From positions 248,001 through 312,000 of the forward strand of contig CP060763.1 of NCBI GenBank assembly GCA_023205875.1: a stretch of 64,000 nt of DNA. Direction: 5' to 3'. Numbering within the stretch: position 1 is the first letter of the stretch; each line of letters begins with the position of its first letter. Source of the stretch: Chloropicon primus. Lineage: Eukaryota. Under the pieces are notes generated by a model. It was given only the letters and a program-made list of their open reading frames with translations. It did not search any database and was not told the origin of the DNA. The position numbers were made by a program, and so were the translations under genes. Shown piece by piece: positions 31,927-43,300 of the stretch.

Positions 31927-32772
31927 TCAGGGAAGCATGACTTCCATGATGAAGGACTTAATTGTCGACACTGCCTCGTCCGTGTGGTCCTCCAAGGCGT
32001 GGCTCCCGCCTTCGATGACGATGGAGCGGGCCCTGGAACCCATGGCAGCCGCTAACCGCTTGGCCTGGCCCACCGCGTCGACTTCCGAGTGAGGGATGTA
32101 TTCGTCCGCCCCGGACTGGAGAACCAGGGTGGGCACGCCGTCCATGTGCCCCAAAAGATTCTTCAATTCGGTGTCCGTGAGGTCAGAAGAGAACGCCTCG
32201 TCGTCCCCTCCCTTCGCGGCCAGCGACAGGAACCGCCTCGCAGTAATGGGCGACCCGTCCTCCTGTGTGGAGAGCGGCATCAGGACCTCCTGGCCACCGC
32301 TTTGGGCCACGAGGTCCTCGGCCAACTTGATGTTCTTCTCCGTCTGCCCGTGCATCCCGAGGGACTCCCGGTCGCTGACGGGTGCCTGCAGCACCACGAA
32401 GTCGGGCTTCCCGCCCCTCAAGCAGAATCGGACAGCATCCTGGCAGCCCGTGCTGTGCCCAATGACCCCGTACCGTGACACGGGCGGGTCTGACTCGCGC
32501 TGGAGAGCGGACACGAGGTCCGCGAGCTCGCCCGCGTCCTCGTCCAGGGAACATACGCCATACCCCTGGTGACTCGAGGTCAGCAAAGTTTGGACGGTGG
32601 AGATCCCAAGGCCATCCAACTCCCTGCAAAGCGGATCCACGTAACTCGTGGCGAACAGACCGTCCGTCAATCCGCCGACCACGATGGCGACTTTGTCATT
32701 CTTGCCGTAGCGAAAGGCCACGTTCGCACTCTTCGGCCCGTACTTGAACAGTGTCCCATCAAGCGCACGCAT
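31927..32772 (-). CDS. Alpha/beta-hydrolase, UPF0613/DUF1749 family
   Basis: VGGLTDGL, nucleophile GHSTGCQD, LQAPVSDRE, PITARRFLSL, DEAFSSDL, SGADEYIP and GGSH; first ATG at 32772. Confidence 0.92.
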   Translation of the reverse strand: MRALDGTLFKYGPKSANVAFRYGKNDKVAIVVGGLTDGLFATSYVDPLCRELDGLGISTVQTLLTSSHQGYGVCSLDEDAGELADLVSALQRESDPPVSRYGVIGHSTGCQDAVRFCLRGGKPDFVVLQAPVSDRESLGMHGQTEKNIKLAEDLVAQSGGQEVLMPLSTQEDGSPITARRFLSLAAKGGDDEAFSSDLTDTELKNLLGHMDGVPTLVLQSGADEYIPHSEVDAVGQAKRLAAAMGSRARSIVIEGGSHALEDHTDEAVSTIKSFIMEVMLP

Positions 32773-33339
32773 CGCGAACGCTTTCGGAACGATTCCCGCG
32801 TCAAATGGAGCGACCGAGGCACCGATCGAAAGCTCGCGACGAGACGCTTCACGAGGACACGATCTCAATTCGATCGCCGATCGCCGACCGCCTCCGATCG
32901 ATCGCAAGACCGCCGCCGCCCTTCCAGCCCCTTTGCCAGATCGATCAAAAAAAAATCTTCCTTTCACGTGGTGCGCTCAGATCGCTCTCGTCGGTATCGA
33001 CGACGCAGGGCAAAGGAGAGCACGAGGTTCAAGGCCGATCGGCGACGGGAGGCGGTCGGCGGAGTGGGTAGCGATCGCGACCTCGTGAAGCGTCTCATCA
33101 CGATCTTTCGGTCGGTCCGCTTTGACGCGGATTTCGTTGCGGAATAGAGGTGTAATCGCCTCGATCGTGACGACCCAGGCTAGGGCAAGGGGAGGTTTGC
33201 TTTGCCCCAACCCACGGCGAGAGGCGGAGGGGGTTGAGGCGAAGCTCTCTTCTTCTTCTTGATCATCGTCTCGTCGCGATCTTTCGCCTCTTTCGGCTTC
33301 GACGACGCGGATCGGCTCACTCTCGTGAAGAGCGTGAGC

Positions 33340-36300
33340 ATGTCCCTCGCGAGCAGAACGGTGAGGAGGGCGTCGGGTTGGAGCCGGGAGGGAAGGAGGG
33401 ACGGGCCGCGACAGGTTCTTTCCCGATCGCGGAGCGTGGCGAGGAGGGGGATCCTGGAGCGTTCGTCGGGAACTTGTAGAGCCGTGAGCTCGGATTACCA
33501 AAGCAGCAGCAGCAAAGGTTTCGAAGGGCACTTAGGCTTGAGCGGGGATGAGGACCCGGTGAGGGTGGTCCTTGGTCCGGGGGAGAGCTTGAGGCATGTG
33601 GCGCGGTGGGAACTCCCCGGCCCCGCGGGGGAGTGGGTGACGGCCACGGTGACCGCTCCCGCGGGTGGGGAGGGGAAGAGGGTGATCTGCGTGACCTCGA
33701 ACCACCCGGGGAACTTGGTTCTCCACTGGGGGGTGATGAAGCGGAACGCCGAGAAGCAGGGGTGGTACCTGCCGAACAAGAGGAGGGAGAGCGAGCTTCC
33801 GGTGGGGACGAAGGCGTACAAGAAGCGGGCTCTCCAGAGTCCCTTCACGCGCAAGCGGACGACGAGCTTTGGCTGCGAGGGGGAGCAGCAGGTGGTGATC
33901 GAGCTCGCGGAGGGCGAGGCGTACACCTGTTTCAACTTTGTGCTGAAGGACACGATCGAGAACGAGTGGTACAACTGCAGGGAGGAGGGCAGCAACTTTA
34001 CGATCCCGCTTGGACAAGGCGCGGAGGACAGGAGCAGCTCCCCTGCGGCGAAGGCCAAGTCGTCGACGGCAGCTGCGACGCCGGCGAGGAGGCAGGCCCC
34101 CATTCCCGAGCTTCCCGCGGACCTCTGTGGCATCTGGGCTTACATCAAGTGGGAGCACAGCGGGTGCCCTGAGAGAAGCGCGGTGGAAGCGGACAGGGAG
34201 TTCCAAGAGGGCATCGAGGAGATGAAGGCCTTCCTGCACGAGGGCTACGCGCTGGATGACTTGTGGAAGGTTGCGAACGGCGAGGAGAAGCTCAAGGACT
34301 TTTACAGGAGAACTTCGAGTGCTGGGGGGCTCTCGGAGCCCGCCAGCACCTCGAGGGCCGCCAAGGAGATCCTTGACGGGTTGAAACCGCTCGAGTTGGG
34401 CCAGCAACAGAGTCCAGGGGTGGTGGTGTTGCCTCCCGAGGAGATCCCGGAGCACCTTGTCGGAGTGCAGGCCTACATCCTTTGGGAGGAGGCCGGGAAG
34501 CCAGACGGAGCCGACTTTGGGGACCAGGCCAGGAGGGAGATCCAAGCGCTGGTGTCTCGAACCGGCATGACCCTCGACCAAGTGGAGGAGCATCTGAAGA
34601 AACCGAAGGGAGCTCAAGAGCGAGTGGAGGCTGAGAGGCCGAAGCCGGGAGGGGTCGCCCCTGCCCCGGTCCCTGAGGACCCGCTGCCCGAACCCAAGAC
34701 GGAGGTTGCACAGCAACGCCACCAGCAGGAAAGGGAAGAGAGGGCGCCCCCCACCGTCCCCGTTCCGGAGCCCGCAAAGCAGGGGAACGCCCTGCAGTGG
34801 ATCAAGCCAGAAAAGAAAGAGGGCTCCTCGGCCACTCCAGATCTCGTCCAGGAGGCCATCAAGTCCGAGTACTCAAAAGAGTCACCCCTCCAGGAGCTGA
34901 TACAGGCGGCCACCATCGATTCCTCGTCGGAAGGCAACGTGTCCTGGAAGCGAGTGTACCAGATGGGCAACTCTTGCAATTTGCTTGCAGTTGTCAGGGA
35001 TGAGACAGACACGGACGAATGGACTTTGACGCTTACGACAGATCTTCCAAACGAAGTGGAGCTGCACTGGGGCATCTTGAAGTCCAGCAGCCGAAGGAGC
35101 GCCTGGACCTTGCCAGAGACCAGCTTGTGGCCGTCGAAAACCGCGGAATGCGAAGATGGCATCAGTGTGGACACCGCTTTTGGTCAGTACAGATCGCCGC
35201 CAAGGGTTCCTTTGCAGCAAGTGAGCGTTAGGGTTCCGAAGTCCTTGGACGACATTTTTGGCATTGCGTTCGTGGTCAAGTCCAGCGACGCCACGCAGTG
35301 GTGGAAGGACGGGGGGCATAGCAACTTTGTCGTCCCATTCCCAAATCAGAACCAGCACGGCCAAGGCGACGACCTGCAGGATGCCTTGGTCGATGAAATC
35401 GTCGACAGGGAGAACAGGGACCAGTGGACCCTCATGCACAGGTTTAACGCCTGCAGCGAGCTCATCAGAGGGGTGATGGATGGGCACTTTGGGGACGACA
35501 GAACCAGAGGTTTCAGCACGCTGTTCATTTGGCTCCGCTATTCGAGCATGAGACAGCTCACTTGGCAGCGCAACTACAATACACAGCCTCGAATCTTGGC
35601 AGGGGCCCAAGAGAACCTCACCCTGGAGCTCACGAGGGCATTCAAGAACACTGCGGACTTTGGCTCGGCGCAGCAGTGGGCTCGCATGTGCATGAGTTGC
35701 GTCGGCAAGGGAGGGTCGAATGGGCAAAAGATCAGGGACGACATCTTGCACATTATGCACAGGCACAAGGTGAAGGAGGTGAAGGGCACGTGGATGGAGG
35801 AGTGGCACCAGAAGCTCCACAACAACACGACCCCGGACGACATTCCCATCTGCGAGGCTTACATCAGCTTTCTTGAGAGCGGCGGGAACAGGGATGTGTA
35901 CTGGAGCGTACTGAGCGAGGCAGGGCTGACGAGGGAGAGGCTCGAGAGCTTTGACAGGCCAATTCGATGCGAGCCGGAGGACTTTCCGGATAAGAGGGAT
36001 GGACTCATCCACGACTTCAGGGATTACCTCAGAACTTTGAAGAGCGTGCACAGCGGCACAGACTTGCAGACTGCGGCATCCGAGTGCCAGCAGGTCATCA
36101 ACGACCACAACGAGCTCAAGTCCAAGATGGGATACGTGCTGAGCCAGGCGGGGAGAAATTCCAGCGATCCTCACGCCGCGAGGGACTTCATCCAGTGTGC
36201 TGTCGATGCCAGGGCCATCCTGCACGGGATCGGTGCATTCTACAACACGCAGGATGATGGGAGGAGGGCCAGGGATTGCTTGTATCTTGACGCGGCCCTC

Positions 36301-38223
36301 GAGTCCCAAATCAGAGCCTGCGCTGAGTCGGCTGCTGGATCTCTGAGGACAGACTCGAGTGGGTGGGTCAGCGCAGCGCAGCTTGTTGAGCCCCTCCTGC
36401 AGAACCTCTGCCTCAGCACGGGAGACAACTCTGAGTTGTGCTACTGCTTGCAAGCGTGGCAAAATCTACCGGACCACTACAAGACCAACGCAAGCTTGGG
36501 AAAGGAAGAGGCTCTGCTGGTTTCCTCGGTCGTCGATAGAATGAAGCGAGCTGTTGGCGATCTGAGTGACATGACCACGTCCAACCTCCAGCCCATCGCC
36601 CATGCCATCGGTTCACGCACGGACTGTGACAGGTGGACTGTCGAACTATTCACCGAGGAGGTTGTCCGAGGGGGGCCAGCTTTCTCGGTCTCCCTTGTGC
36701 TGTCCATGCTTGAGCCCTCGCTGAGGTCGCTCGCGGAACTTGGATCGTGGCAGATTATCTCCCCGGCCGCAGACCCTGTCCTGAAGGGCGCGAAGGTGTT
36801 CAGATCTGAACAGCTTTACACTTGCATGAACCTCTCCTTCCCCTTTCCTTGCGTTCTGGTGTGCGACAGGGTGACGGGAGAAGAAGAAATTCCAGAGAAC
36901 TGCCTGGCTGTGCTCACAAGAGATTCCCCTGACATGCTTTCTCACATTGCAGTGAGAGCCCGGAACGAGAAAGTTCTGCTGGCCACGTGCCATGACGAGT
37001 CGGAATTTGAGAGCATCAAGGTGAAGGAAGCCGTTCCGATCGAGGATCTGGAGGCCATGGGCGGTGACGCTGGCGAAGGCAAGTGGTTTGCCCTGGAGAC
37101 GACCGCCAGCGGGTCTGTCACTTACAAGCGCGTCGACCCCCCAAAGGAGGGGGAAGGGAAGGGCCAGCACGCCGCAACGTCCAAGAGGAACTTGAAGATA
37201 AGCAGCCCAAAGTGGGTCGGGAAGTACGCCGTGGGAATGGACGAATTCGTCAGCGACGTCGTTGGGGCGAAGAGCAAGAATCTCGCTGGGCTCCGGGACA
37301 AAATTCCTGACTGGATCAACTTGCCGTCGTCCCTGACCATTCCCTTCGGCACCTTCGAGCACGTTTTGGATGATTGCGGCGAGAATGCTGAGATCTCAAA
37401 GGAGATTGCCAAGCTCACGAGGAAGAACGTCGTGGACAGGGACCCTGAACGATGCCTCGAGGAGGCAAAGCAGCTTGCGATGGGGGTGTACATCCCCGAT
37501 GAGATGTGGGGCGCCCTGGTGGAAGGAATGGGCAGCTCTGGCATCGAGTGGACCTTGAACACCAGCAAGGACGGGGCCGAGGAGCGGGAGCAGATTGCCC
37601 AGGCCGTCAAGAGCGTTTGGGCGAGCAAATTCAACCTCAGGGCATACTATTCGCTCAACAAGGCTCGGCTCAACTTCATGGACGTCAGAATGGCTGTCCT
37701 CATCCAGAAGGTCGTGAACGCCGAGTACGCCTTCGTCATCCACACCACCAACCCCTCCACGGGCGATGAGGGCGAGATTTACTGCGAGGTCGTCAAGGGT
37801 CTAGGGGAGGTCCTTGTGGGCAATTACCCCGGGAGAGCGCTCAGCTTCACTTGCGACAAGGAGGCCCTCGCCCGGGGAGAGGACAAGTCGATGCTCGCGG
37901 TAGAGAGCTTTCCCAGCAAGAGCGTGGGGCTCTACCTCCCAGAGTCCCTCATGTTCAGATCCGATTCGAACGGAGAGGACTTGGAGGGGTATGCGGGAGC
38001 CGGCCTGTACGACTCTGTGCCGCTCCACTACCCGGAGCCGCTCCGGGTGGACTACAGCAACGACCCGATCATGACGGATCCCAAGTTCAGGAAGGACCTC
38101 TTGACCAAGGTGGCCCGCGTCGGCCTCGAGCTCGAGGAGGTCCTGGGATCCCCCCAGGACATCGAGGGCTGCTTGGACAAGGAGGGAAACGTTTACGTTG
38201 TTCAGACCCGGCCGCAAATGTAG
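33340..38223 (+). CDS. GWD1: Alpha-glucan water dikinase (R1), chloroplastic
   Basis: Transit peptide; two CBM45-like LHWG domains; TLMHRFN; LTWQRNYNTQPR; EEWHQKLHNNTTPDD; phosphohistidine motif DMLSHIAVRARN; nucleotide-binding C-terminus (VGAKSKN, RSDSNGEDLEGYAGAGLYDS, VVQTRPQM). Confidence 0.97.
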   Translation: MSLASRTVRRASGWSREGRRDGPRQVLSRSRSVARRGILERSSGTCRAVSSDYQSSSSKGFEGHLGLSGDEDPVRVVLGPGESLRHVARWELPGPAGEWVTATVTAPAGGEGKRVICVTSNHPGNLVLHWGVMKRNAEKQGWYLPNKRRESELPVGTKAYKKRALQSPFTRKRTTSFGCEGEQQVVIELAEGEAYTCFNFVLKDTIENEWYNCREEGSNFTIPLGQGAEDRSSSPAAKAKSSTAAATPARRQAPIPELPADLCGIWAYIKWEHSGCPERSAVEADREFQEGIEEMKAFLHEGYALDDLWKVANGEEKLKDFYRRTSSAGGLSEPASTSRAAKEILDGLKPLELGQQQSPGVVVLPPEEIPEHLVGVQAYILWEEAGKPDGADFGDQARREIQALVSRTGMTLDQVEEHLKKPKGAQERVEAERPKPGGVAPAPVPEDPLPEPKTEVAQQRHQQEREERAPPTVPVPEPAKQGNALQWIKPEKKEGSSATPDLVQEAIKSEYSKESPLQELIQAATIDSSSEGNVSWKRVYQMGNSCNLLAVVRDETDTDEWTLTLTTDLPNEVELHWGILKSSSRRSAWTLPETSLWPSKTAECEDGISVDTAFGQYRSPPRVPLQQVSVRVPKSLDDIFGIAFVVKSSDATQWWKDGGHSNFVVPFPNQNQHGQGDDLQDALVDEIVDRENRDQWTLMHRFNACSELIRGVMDGHFGDDRTRGFSTLFIWLRYSSMRQLTWQRNYNTQPRILAGAQENLTLELTRAFKNTADFGSAQQWARMCMSCVGKGGSNGQKIRDDILHIMHRHKVKEVKGTWMEEWHQKLHNNTTPDDIPICEAYISFLESGGNRDVYWSVLSEAGLTRERLESFDRPIRCEPEDFPDKRDGLIHDFRDYLRTLKSVHSGTDLQTAASECQQVINDHNELKSKMGYVLSQAGRNSSDPHAARDFIQCAVDARAILHGIGAFYNTQDDGRRARDCLYLDAALESQIRACAESAAGSLRTDSSGWVSAAQLVEPLLQNLCLSTGDNSELCYCLQAWQNLPDHYKTNASLGKEEALLVSSVVDRMKRAVGDLSDMTTSNLQPIAHAIGSRTDCDRWTVELFTEEVVRGGPAFSVSLVLSMLEPSLRSLAELGSWQIISPAADPVLKGAKVFRSEQLYTCMNLSFPFPCVLVCDRVTGEEEIPENCLAVLTRDSPDMLSHIAVRARNEKVLLATCHDESEFESIKVKEAVPIEDLEAMGGDAGEGKWFALETTASGSVTYKRVDPPKEGEGKGQHAATSKRNLKISSPKWVGKYAVGMDEFVSDVVGAKSKNLAGLRDKIPDWINLPSSLTIPFGTFEHVLDDCGENAEISKEIAKLTRKNVVDRDPERCLEEAKQLAMGVYIPDEMWGALVEGMGSSGIEWTLNTSKDGAEEREQIAQAVKSVWASKFNLRAYYSLNKARLNFMDVRMAVLIQKVVNAEYAFVIHTTNPSTGDEGEIYCEVVKGLGEVLVGNYPGRALSFTCDKEALARGEDKSMLAVESFPSKSVGLYLPESLMFRSDSNGEDLEGYAGAGLYDSVPLHYPEPLRVDYSNDPIMTDPKFRKDLLTKVARVGLELEEVLGSPQDIEGCLDKEGNVYVVQTRPQM

Positions 38224-38334
38224 CCATTGTGCTCACCCGCTAAAGTCAGTTACATGTGCAAATGATTTTTTTTCCCTTCTACTTCTTCTTCTCAGAGTGT
38301 ACCGCGTGTGCGCTTCCACCCCACGCCACGAGTC

Positions 38335-38885
38335 TCAGTGCCCACCAACCTGGTGAACCATGACGTCGATCTCGTCGTTGTCCTCCATGCCCAATGCGTC
38401 TGGCGTGTCGTCAGGCTGGATCCTGTTCCCGTCGTAAAGGAACACGAGAGCGTCAAACCTCACGTCCTGCCTGTTGCAGTACGCATTCATCAACTTCTTC
38501 AGTGGAGTAGTCTTCTTGATCTTGAACACGATCTCGTCTCCATCCTGCATCATCAGCCCAGAGGAACAAAAACAAAAACAAAAACAAACGGACGTAACGC
38601 ACGCCAGTCAGAGAACGACAAGCCCAACGGAAGCCGAAACCATTCCATCCCAACAATGTGGTGCGATCTCTCCCTGGATCCCAAACACAACACAGAGAGA
38701 GAGACAGAGAGACAGAGAGAGGGAGCAAGGATCTTGGCATGGGTACCTTGGCTCTTCGCCGCCGAGAGAGAGAGAGAGAGAGAGGGAAAGCGGGTTTCGA
38801 TCCAGTTGCCGCGTCTTACCTGGCCCTTCACCTTGATGCTGAAATGCTCCGTGGATGCCGGCTTCTCTTCCTTCTGCTCCGCCAT
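38335..38885 (-). CDS. SUMO: Small ubiquitin-like modifier (SUMO/SMT3), 2 exons
   Basis: Exon1 38885-38820 ([22 protein letters not shown]); GTAAGA..CAG intron 38819-38545; exon2 38544-38335 ([23 protein letters not shown]...[12 protein letters not shown]), di-Gly followed by one propeptide residue. Confidence 0.96.
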
Positions 38886-39260
38886 AGCTCACAACTCCCT
38901 CTTCTGTATCGATCGATCACAAAAAAAAACCTGAAGAGGATTGAAGAAAAAAACGCGTGAGTCCCTCCATTCCTCGCCATCTGTTTCGACTGAGGGGTCG
39001 TTCGAACGACCGCGACAAAAGGAATCCATCTCCGCCTCCCTCCTCGGACAACGAAACCCATCTACGTCCTCAGAACACGCAAGAGAACTCACCTCTCTCT
39101 CCTCTCTCCTTTCGTCGACCGCCTGGATCGTTCTCTAGGGCTCTAGAGAGTGAGAGAAAGGCAGAGCTCGACCTCGAGGAGGGTGAGGACTTTGCAAGCG
39201 TTTTGAGGACGCAGAGGGGCAAGAAGGGCGAAAGGGAGCGACGGTGGAGGACGCTACGTC

Positions 39261-39280
39261 TCGCGAGCTTTCGATTGAGC
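39261..39280 (+). promoter_or_regulatory. Representative copy of a recurrent intergenic motif (TCGCGAGCTTTCGATTGAGC)
   Basis: Near-identical copies at 43971-43990 and 44148-44167, with variants in most 5' intergenic regions (see findings). Function is inferred. Confidence 0.5.
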
Positions 39281-39330
39281 GTTTGTTTGAAGAATTTGGC
39301 ACCCGGAGTGCACCGCGAAGAGACGAGAGG

Positions 39331-40155
39331 ATGACGTCGAGGGTGAGCGTGAGGAAGGTGTGGATGATCCAGGGGAGGCAGAGGTTGAGGCGTCCCTGTG
39401 GGCGGGTGGCGAGGAGGAGGGACTGCGCGATGGCGGCGTCGTCTTCTCCCGGAGGAGGGGACGACAAGGCCGGCTCGATGGACCTGGAGAGCGCGAGGGA
39501 GATGTTTGGCGTGCCCACCGGAGCGAGTTTCGATGAGGTGCTGAGGGCGAAGAAGAAGCTGAGGGCGAACAGCGACCACGAGCAGGAGACCATTGACGCG
39601 GCGTACGACGTTCTTCTGATGGATTCGCTCCGCAATCGCCAGGAGGGGAAGGGGGTCTCCAAGGACGTGAGGTACGCGGACGTTCCCAAGGCGAAGCCTG
39701 TGGCCCAGGTGGCGAACGAGCTCCTGCAGAAGCTTCCGGGGAACGTGCAAGTTCAGGTCGGGAGCAGAGGGAGCCGCTCGAGGGGCGAGGAGGAGAGTTC
39801 CCTGCCCTTGGAGGCCCTCAACGCGCAAAACGTGACTTTTGGCCTGATTTCCCTCTGGGTGCTGGCGCAGGCCGTCTCCAGCCCGGTCAGTTACGCGTAC
39901 GACAACCCGGGAAGTCAGATCGCCGCGGCCGTGATCGCATCCCTGTACTTTCAGAGGCAGGAGAAGGGCCAGAGCATTGGGAGGGCCGCGGCCATCACTT
40001 TCGGCGGTCTCCTCATCGGCACCCTCGCGGGAAGCGGAGTGGAGGCCCTGGTTAGGGTGGACATCTCCCCCTTCCTGGGATTTCATTCGCCGGCCATGGT
40101 CGTGGGGGAGTTCTCCGTCGTCGGAGTGTGGCTCGCTTGCGCTTTCCTCTTGTGA
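39331..40155 (+). CDS. CPP1: Chaperone-like protein of POR1 (CPP1/CDF1, DUF3353), chloroplastic
   Basis: J-like domain FGVPTGASFDEVLRAK...IDAAYDVLLMDSLRNRQEG...VRYAD followed by TM helices; transit peptide from ATG 39331. Confidence 0.85.
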   Translation: MTSRVSVRKVWMIQGRQRLRRPCGRVARRRDCAMAASSSPGGGDDKAGSMDLESAREMFGVPTGASFDEVLRAKKKLRANSDHEQETIDAAYDVLLMDSLRNRQEGKGVSKDVRYADVPKAKPVAQVANELLQKLPGNVQVQVGSRGSRSRGEEESSLPLEALNAQNVTFGLISLWVLAQAVSSPVSYAYDNPGSQIAAAVIASLYFQRQEKGQSIGRAAAITFGGLLIGTLAGSGVEALVRVDISPFLGFHSPAMVVGEFSVVGVWLACAFLL

Positions 40156-40325
40156 TGACACCCCTCTCCCCCCTTTTTTTGTACCTTTCCGGGAGCGAGG
40201 CCTCTGTACCTGTACCATAAAAACAACAGTTTTCTATTCATTCTTTTGTCACAACAACAAACACAGTAGTGGGTTTACAAATATAAATACACCAAAAAAG
40301 GTTCTTCGGGGACTCCAGCCCCAAC

Positions 40326-43300
40326 TTACTTGTTCATGGCGCTAACAATGGCGTGGCAGATGCTCCTCATTTCTGAAGAGCACGTCGTTTCCCTCGCCGA
40401 CCTCGACATGACTTGCTCGAGATCCTGCAGAACATCTTTGCAGCACAATATCAAGTCGTCCTTGGTGAGCAGGCAAGCTGCCACTCGTGCGGCCGCGACT
40501 TGGACTTTGGACGGCAGGCCCTTGCTCATGATGGAGATGATCATGCCAATCACGTCAGGGGCGAACTCTGCTACGACTGGACCCGGCAGGTGGTACGAGG
40601 ATATGAACAAGACTTGCAGCAGAATCTCGTCCAGAGGGAGGCACCCCTCGTCCGCGTAAGCCGCGCTCGTCCTGAAGACCATGTGCTTCAAGATTCCAGG
40701 GATGAGATGAGAAGCGTAGGCGTTACCCATCTTTGGGGATTCCTTGAGCCGCGGGCAGATCGTAATGAGAGAGTTTGCCAGGAAGGAGTGGGTCAGCAAA
40801 TCAAAGGACTTCTCCAGCCCAAGGACCGCGCCGAGTTTGTTGCTGCCCTCCTTGTCCTTGTCACAGAGCAAGACGCTGGCAACCTCCGCGAACGAGAACG
40901 CCATCGGATCGATGGCGAGGTCTCGATTCTCGAGCTTGAGGACCAGAATGGAACCAAAGCAATCGAGGCACCCCAACTGCGTTTTCTTTGATTCGTTGGA
41001 TCCAGATCCATCGTCGCCGCTGACTGAGGAAACAGCCTTGAAGAGCGCAAGGACCTCCTTGGCAAGCAAGTCACACCTGGTGTGCAGGGTCATTGGGGCA
41101 GAGCCCTTGTGGTTTGCAAAGGAGCAGCAATACGCGTATAAGCATGCGCGCGACAAGGCAAAGTTTCGGTCGCGAATGCCCTCCCTGAGGAGAGCAAGCA
41201 TCAAAGAAAAGGAGACGTTTGGGTTCACCTTTCCGCAGAGCTCGGAGCAAAGCTTCCTCACCTGCAGATCTTCCGATGGATCTGTCATCCTCTTCAGAAG
41301 ATGCCCGAGCAGGTCGTCACACAGGTGCAAGTCGTCATCGGTCAGCAGCCTCGTCTCGAGTCTCATTGCAACGACTTCATCAAAGCAGAGTTTCGACACA
41401 ATCCTGAGCACGAGGAAAGGATGGAGACGGTCGAATACCGTGACAGCCTCCTGCTGACCAGCGCTATCCAGGCTCCTCAAGGCGGACGTTACGAAGTCCG
41501 AGACCAATGCACTCTCGCTGCTCAGTTGAGGTGAAAGACCGCTGAGCACCTGTATCCAAAGTTGATTTGATTTGTCTGCAGCTGAAGTCTTGAGAACTAC
41601 GCGAAGGAGGACTCCCCAAAACTTCGAAGTCTTGTCCTTCTCACCCAAATCTCTCATTGTTTTTGCTGCTTTCTTAGGATCCGTCTTTTCCACAAACTTC
41701 TGAAAAGCGCTTTCGACCGAAGGGTGATCCTCCGGCCCGATCTTCGCGAGAAACTCCAACAGCATCCCTGTGTCCAGCGGCTGCTCTTCGTCCACCGTCT
41801 CTGAAACGTGGAGGAGACTTTCAATCACATTTCTGGCGGGGAGCTTGCTGAGCACCAGCCTCACTTCGTCCTCCACTGCTTTTGACTTCAAACCGACGAT
41901 GCGGTCAGAGATAGCAGCCAGCTTGTCTTCAAACACATTCCCGGCGGTCTGGATGCCCATCCCAAGAATTGCATCCAGGGCGGCGAGACCACCCCGCAGG
42001 CTTCCGGGATCACTCCCTTCGCAAAGCAGTCCCGTCAACTCGTTCACCGCCAGGACGGAGCACATTGGATTGGTGAGCAAACCTCTGAGCAGCTCTGTGG
42101 ACACATTGGAGCAGCTTGTGCAAGATTTGAGGACGGACGTCACAAAATCTTTCGCGGCCGCACTGGAAACCTCCTCGCCGCTCCCGTAGCCTTCCACCTC
42201 TACCATGGCAAACACGGATATCCTGGAAGCCAGATCGCACAGTGGGAGGCCCAAGGAGGACGACGACGAGGTGATTCCCACCATGGCGTCCAAGACACCC
42301 TCAAGGTAGCGAACCCCCGCTTCTGTGCTGGGCTCGTACCTGCCCAACCCGATGACAATGCCCGCGGAGACTAGTTTGCGGAATATCGCCTCGTGGATGA
42401 GAAGCAGGTCGTTGCCATCTTTCCCGGGGGCGGCGGACGCGTATTTCAGTGCAGAAGTTGCCTTCTTGAGCGTGGCTCCGTCGCCAGCGTCGTACTTTTC
42501 CGTGATCGAGCGGTACGTTTTCAGATCAAAAAGCAAGAGAGGCGACCACTCTACCCAGCAACAGGCGTGAATGACCTTGGCGTTGTCCTCGTCCTTGTTT
42601 GCGAACCGGAAAGATTCCATCTTCGAAACGCGCTTCTTCATCACCCCAAGGGACTGGATCATGATTCGAGAATTGTGGATGACGCCCCCGTTGCCTGCCA
42701 GCGCCATTGCCCACTCTTCGTGCCTCTCCAGGAGTTGGACTAGCAAAGGCAGCTTCTCCCATAACCACTGGGCGGAGGACAGAAACGTCTCCGAGTTGCT
42801 GGAAGGCACCGGAACGCTTGAGTGCAAACGATCCAGCGAAAGGATCTCAATCACCACAAGCAGCACGCAGTCCGATGCTATCGATGTCAGCTTTGTTGGC
42901 ACGCCCTGCGCCTCCCCGACCCCGACCCCCGCGCACACCTGAAGCAGAGAAGGGAACGTCCCCGACAGCGCCCGCAGTCTCTCGTCCTTCTCCTCCGTCG
43001 TCCAATTGCTCTTGGTCGACTCCCTCACCAGAGTGGAGAGTATCAGAACGCACGCGTACTTCACCTCTTGGCTTCCCTTGGACAACGCCAAGGCGAGGCA
43101 AGAAGAAAACTTGCAGAGCTCCGCCTCGAAAAAGTTGGACACCAGCCTGAGCAGCAGGCCCCTGCGCTCCAGATCCTCGCACGTGCACCACTCGTCCAGC
43201 AGTGGCATCACTATCGCCAGAAGATCCTCCAGAGTCGCCTCGATTCGCGTGAAGTGTTCCCACAGGGACGAGAGTGCCTCGTGCTCCACCTTGTTCCTCT

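Noticed and set aside
34100..34560. Internal duplication in GWD (two YIxWE..G.P blocks; two LHWG domains)
   Set aside because: This is the normal architecture of GWD1/R1 proteins.
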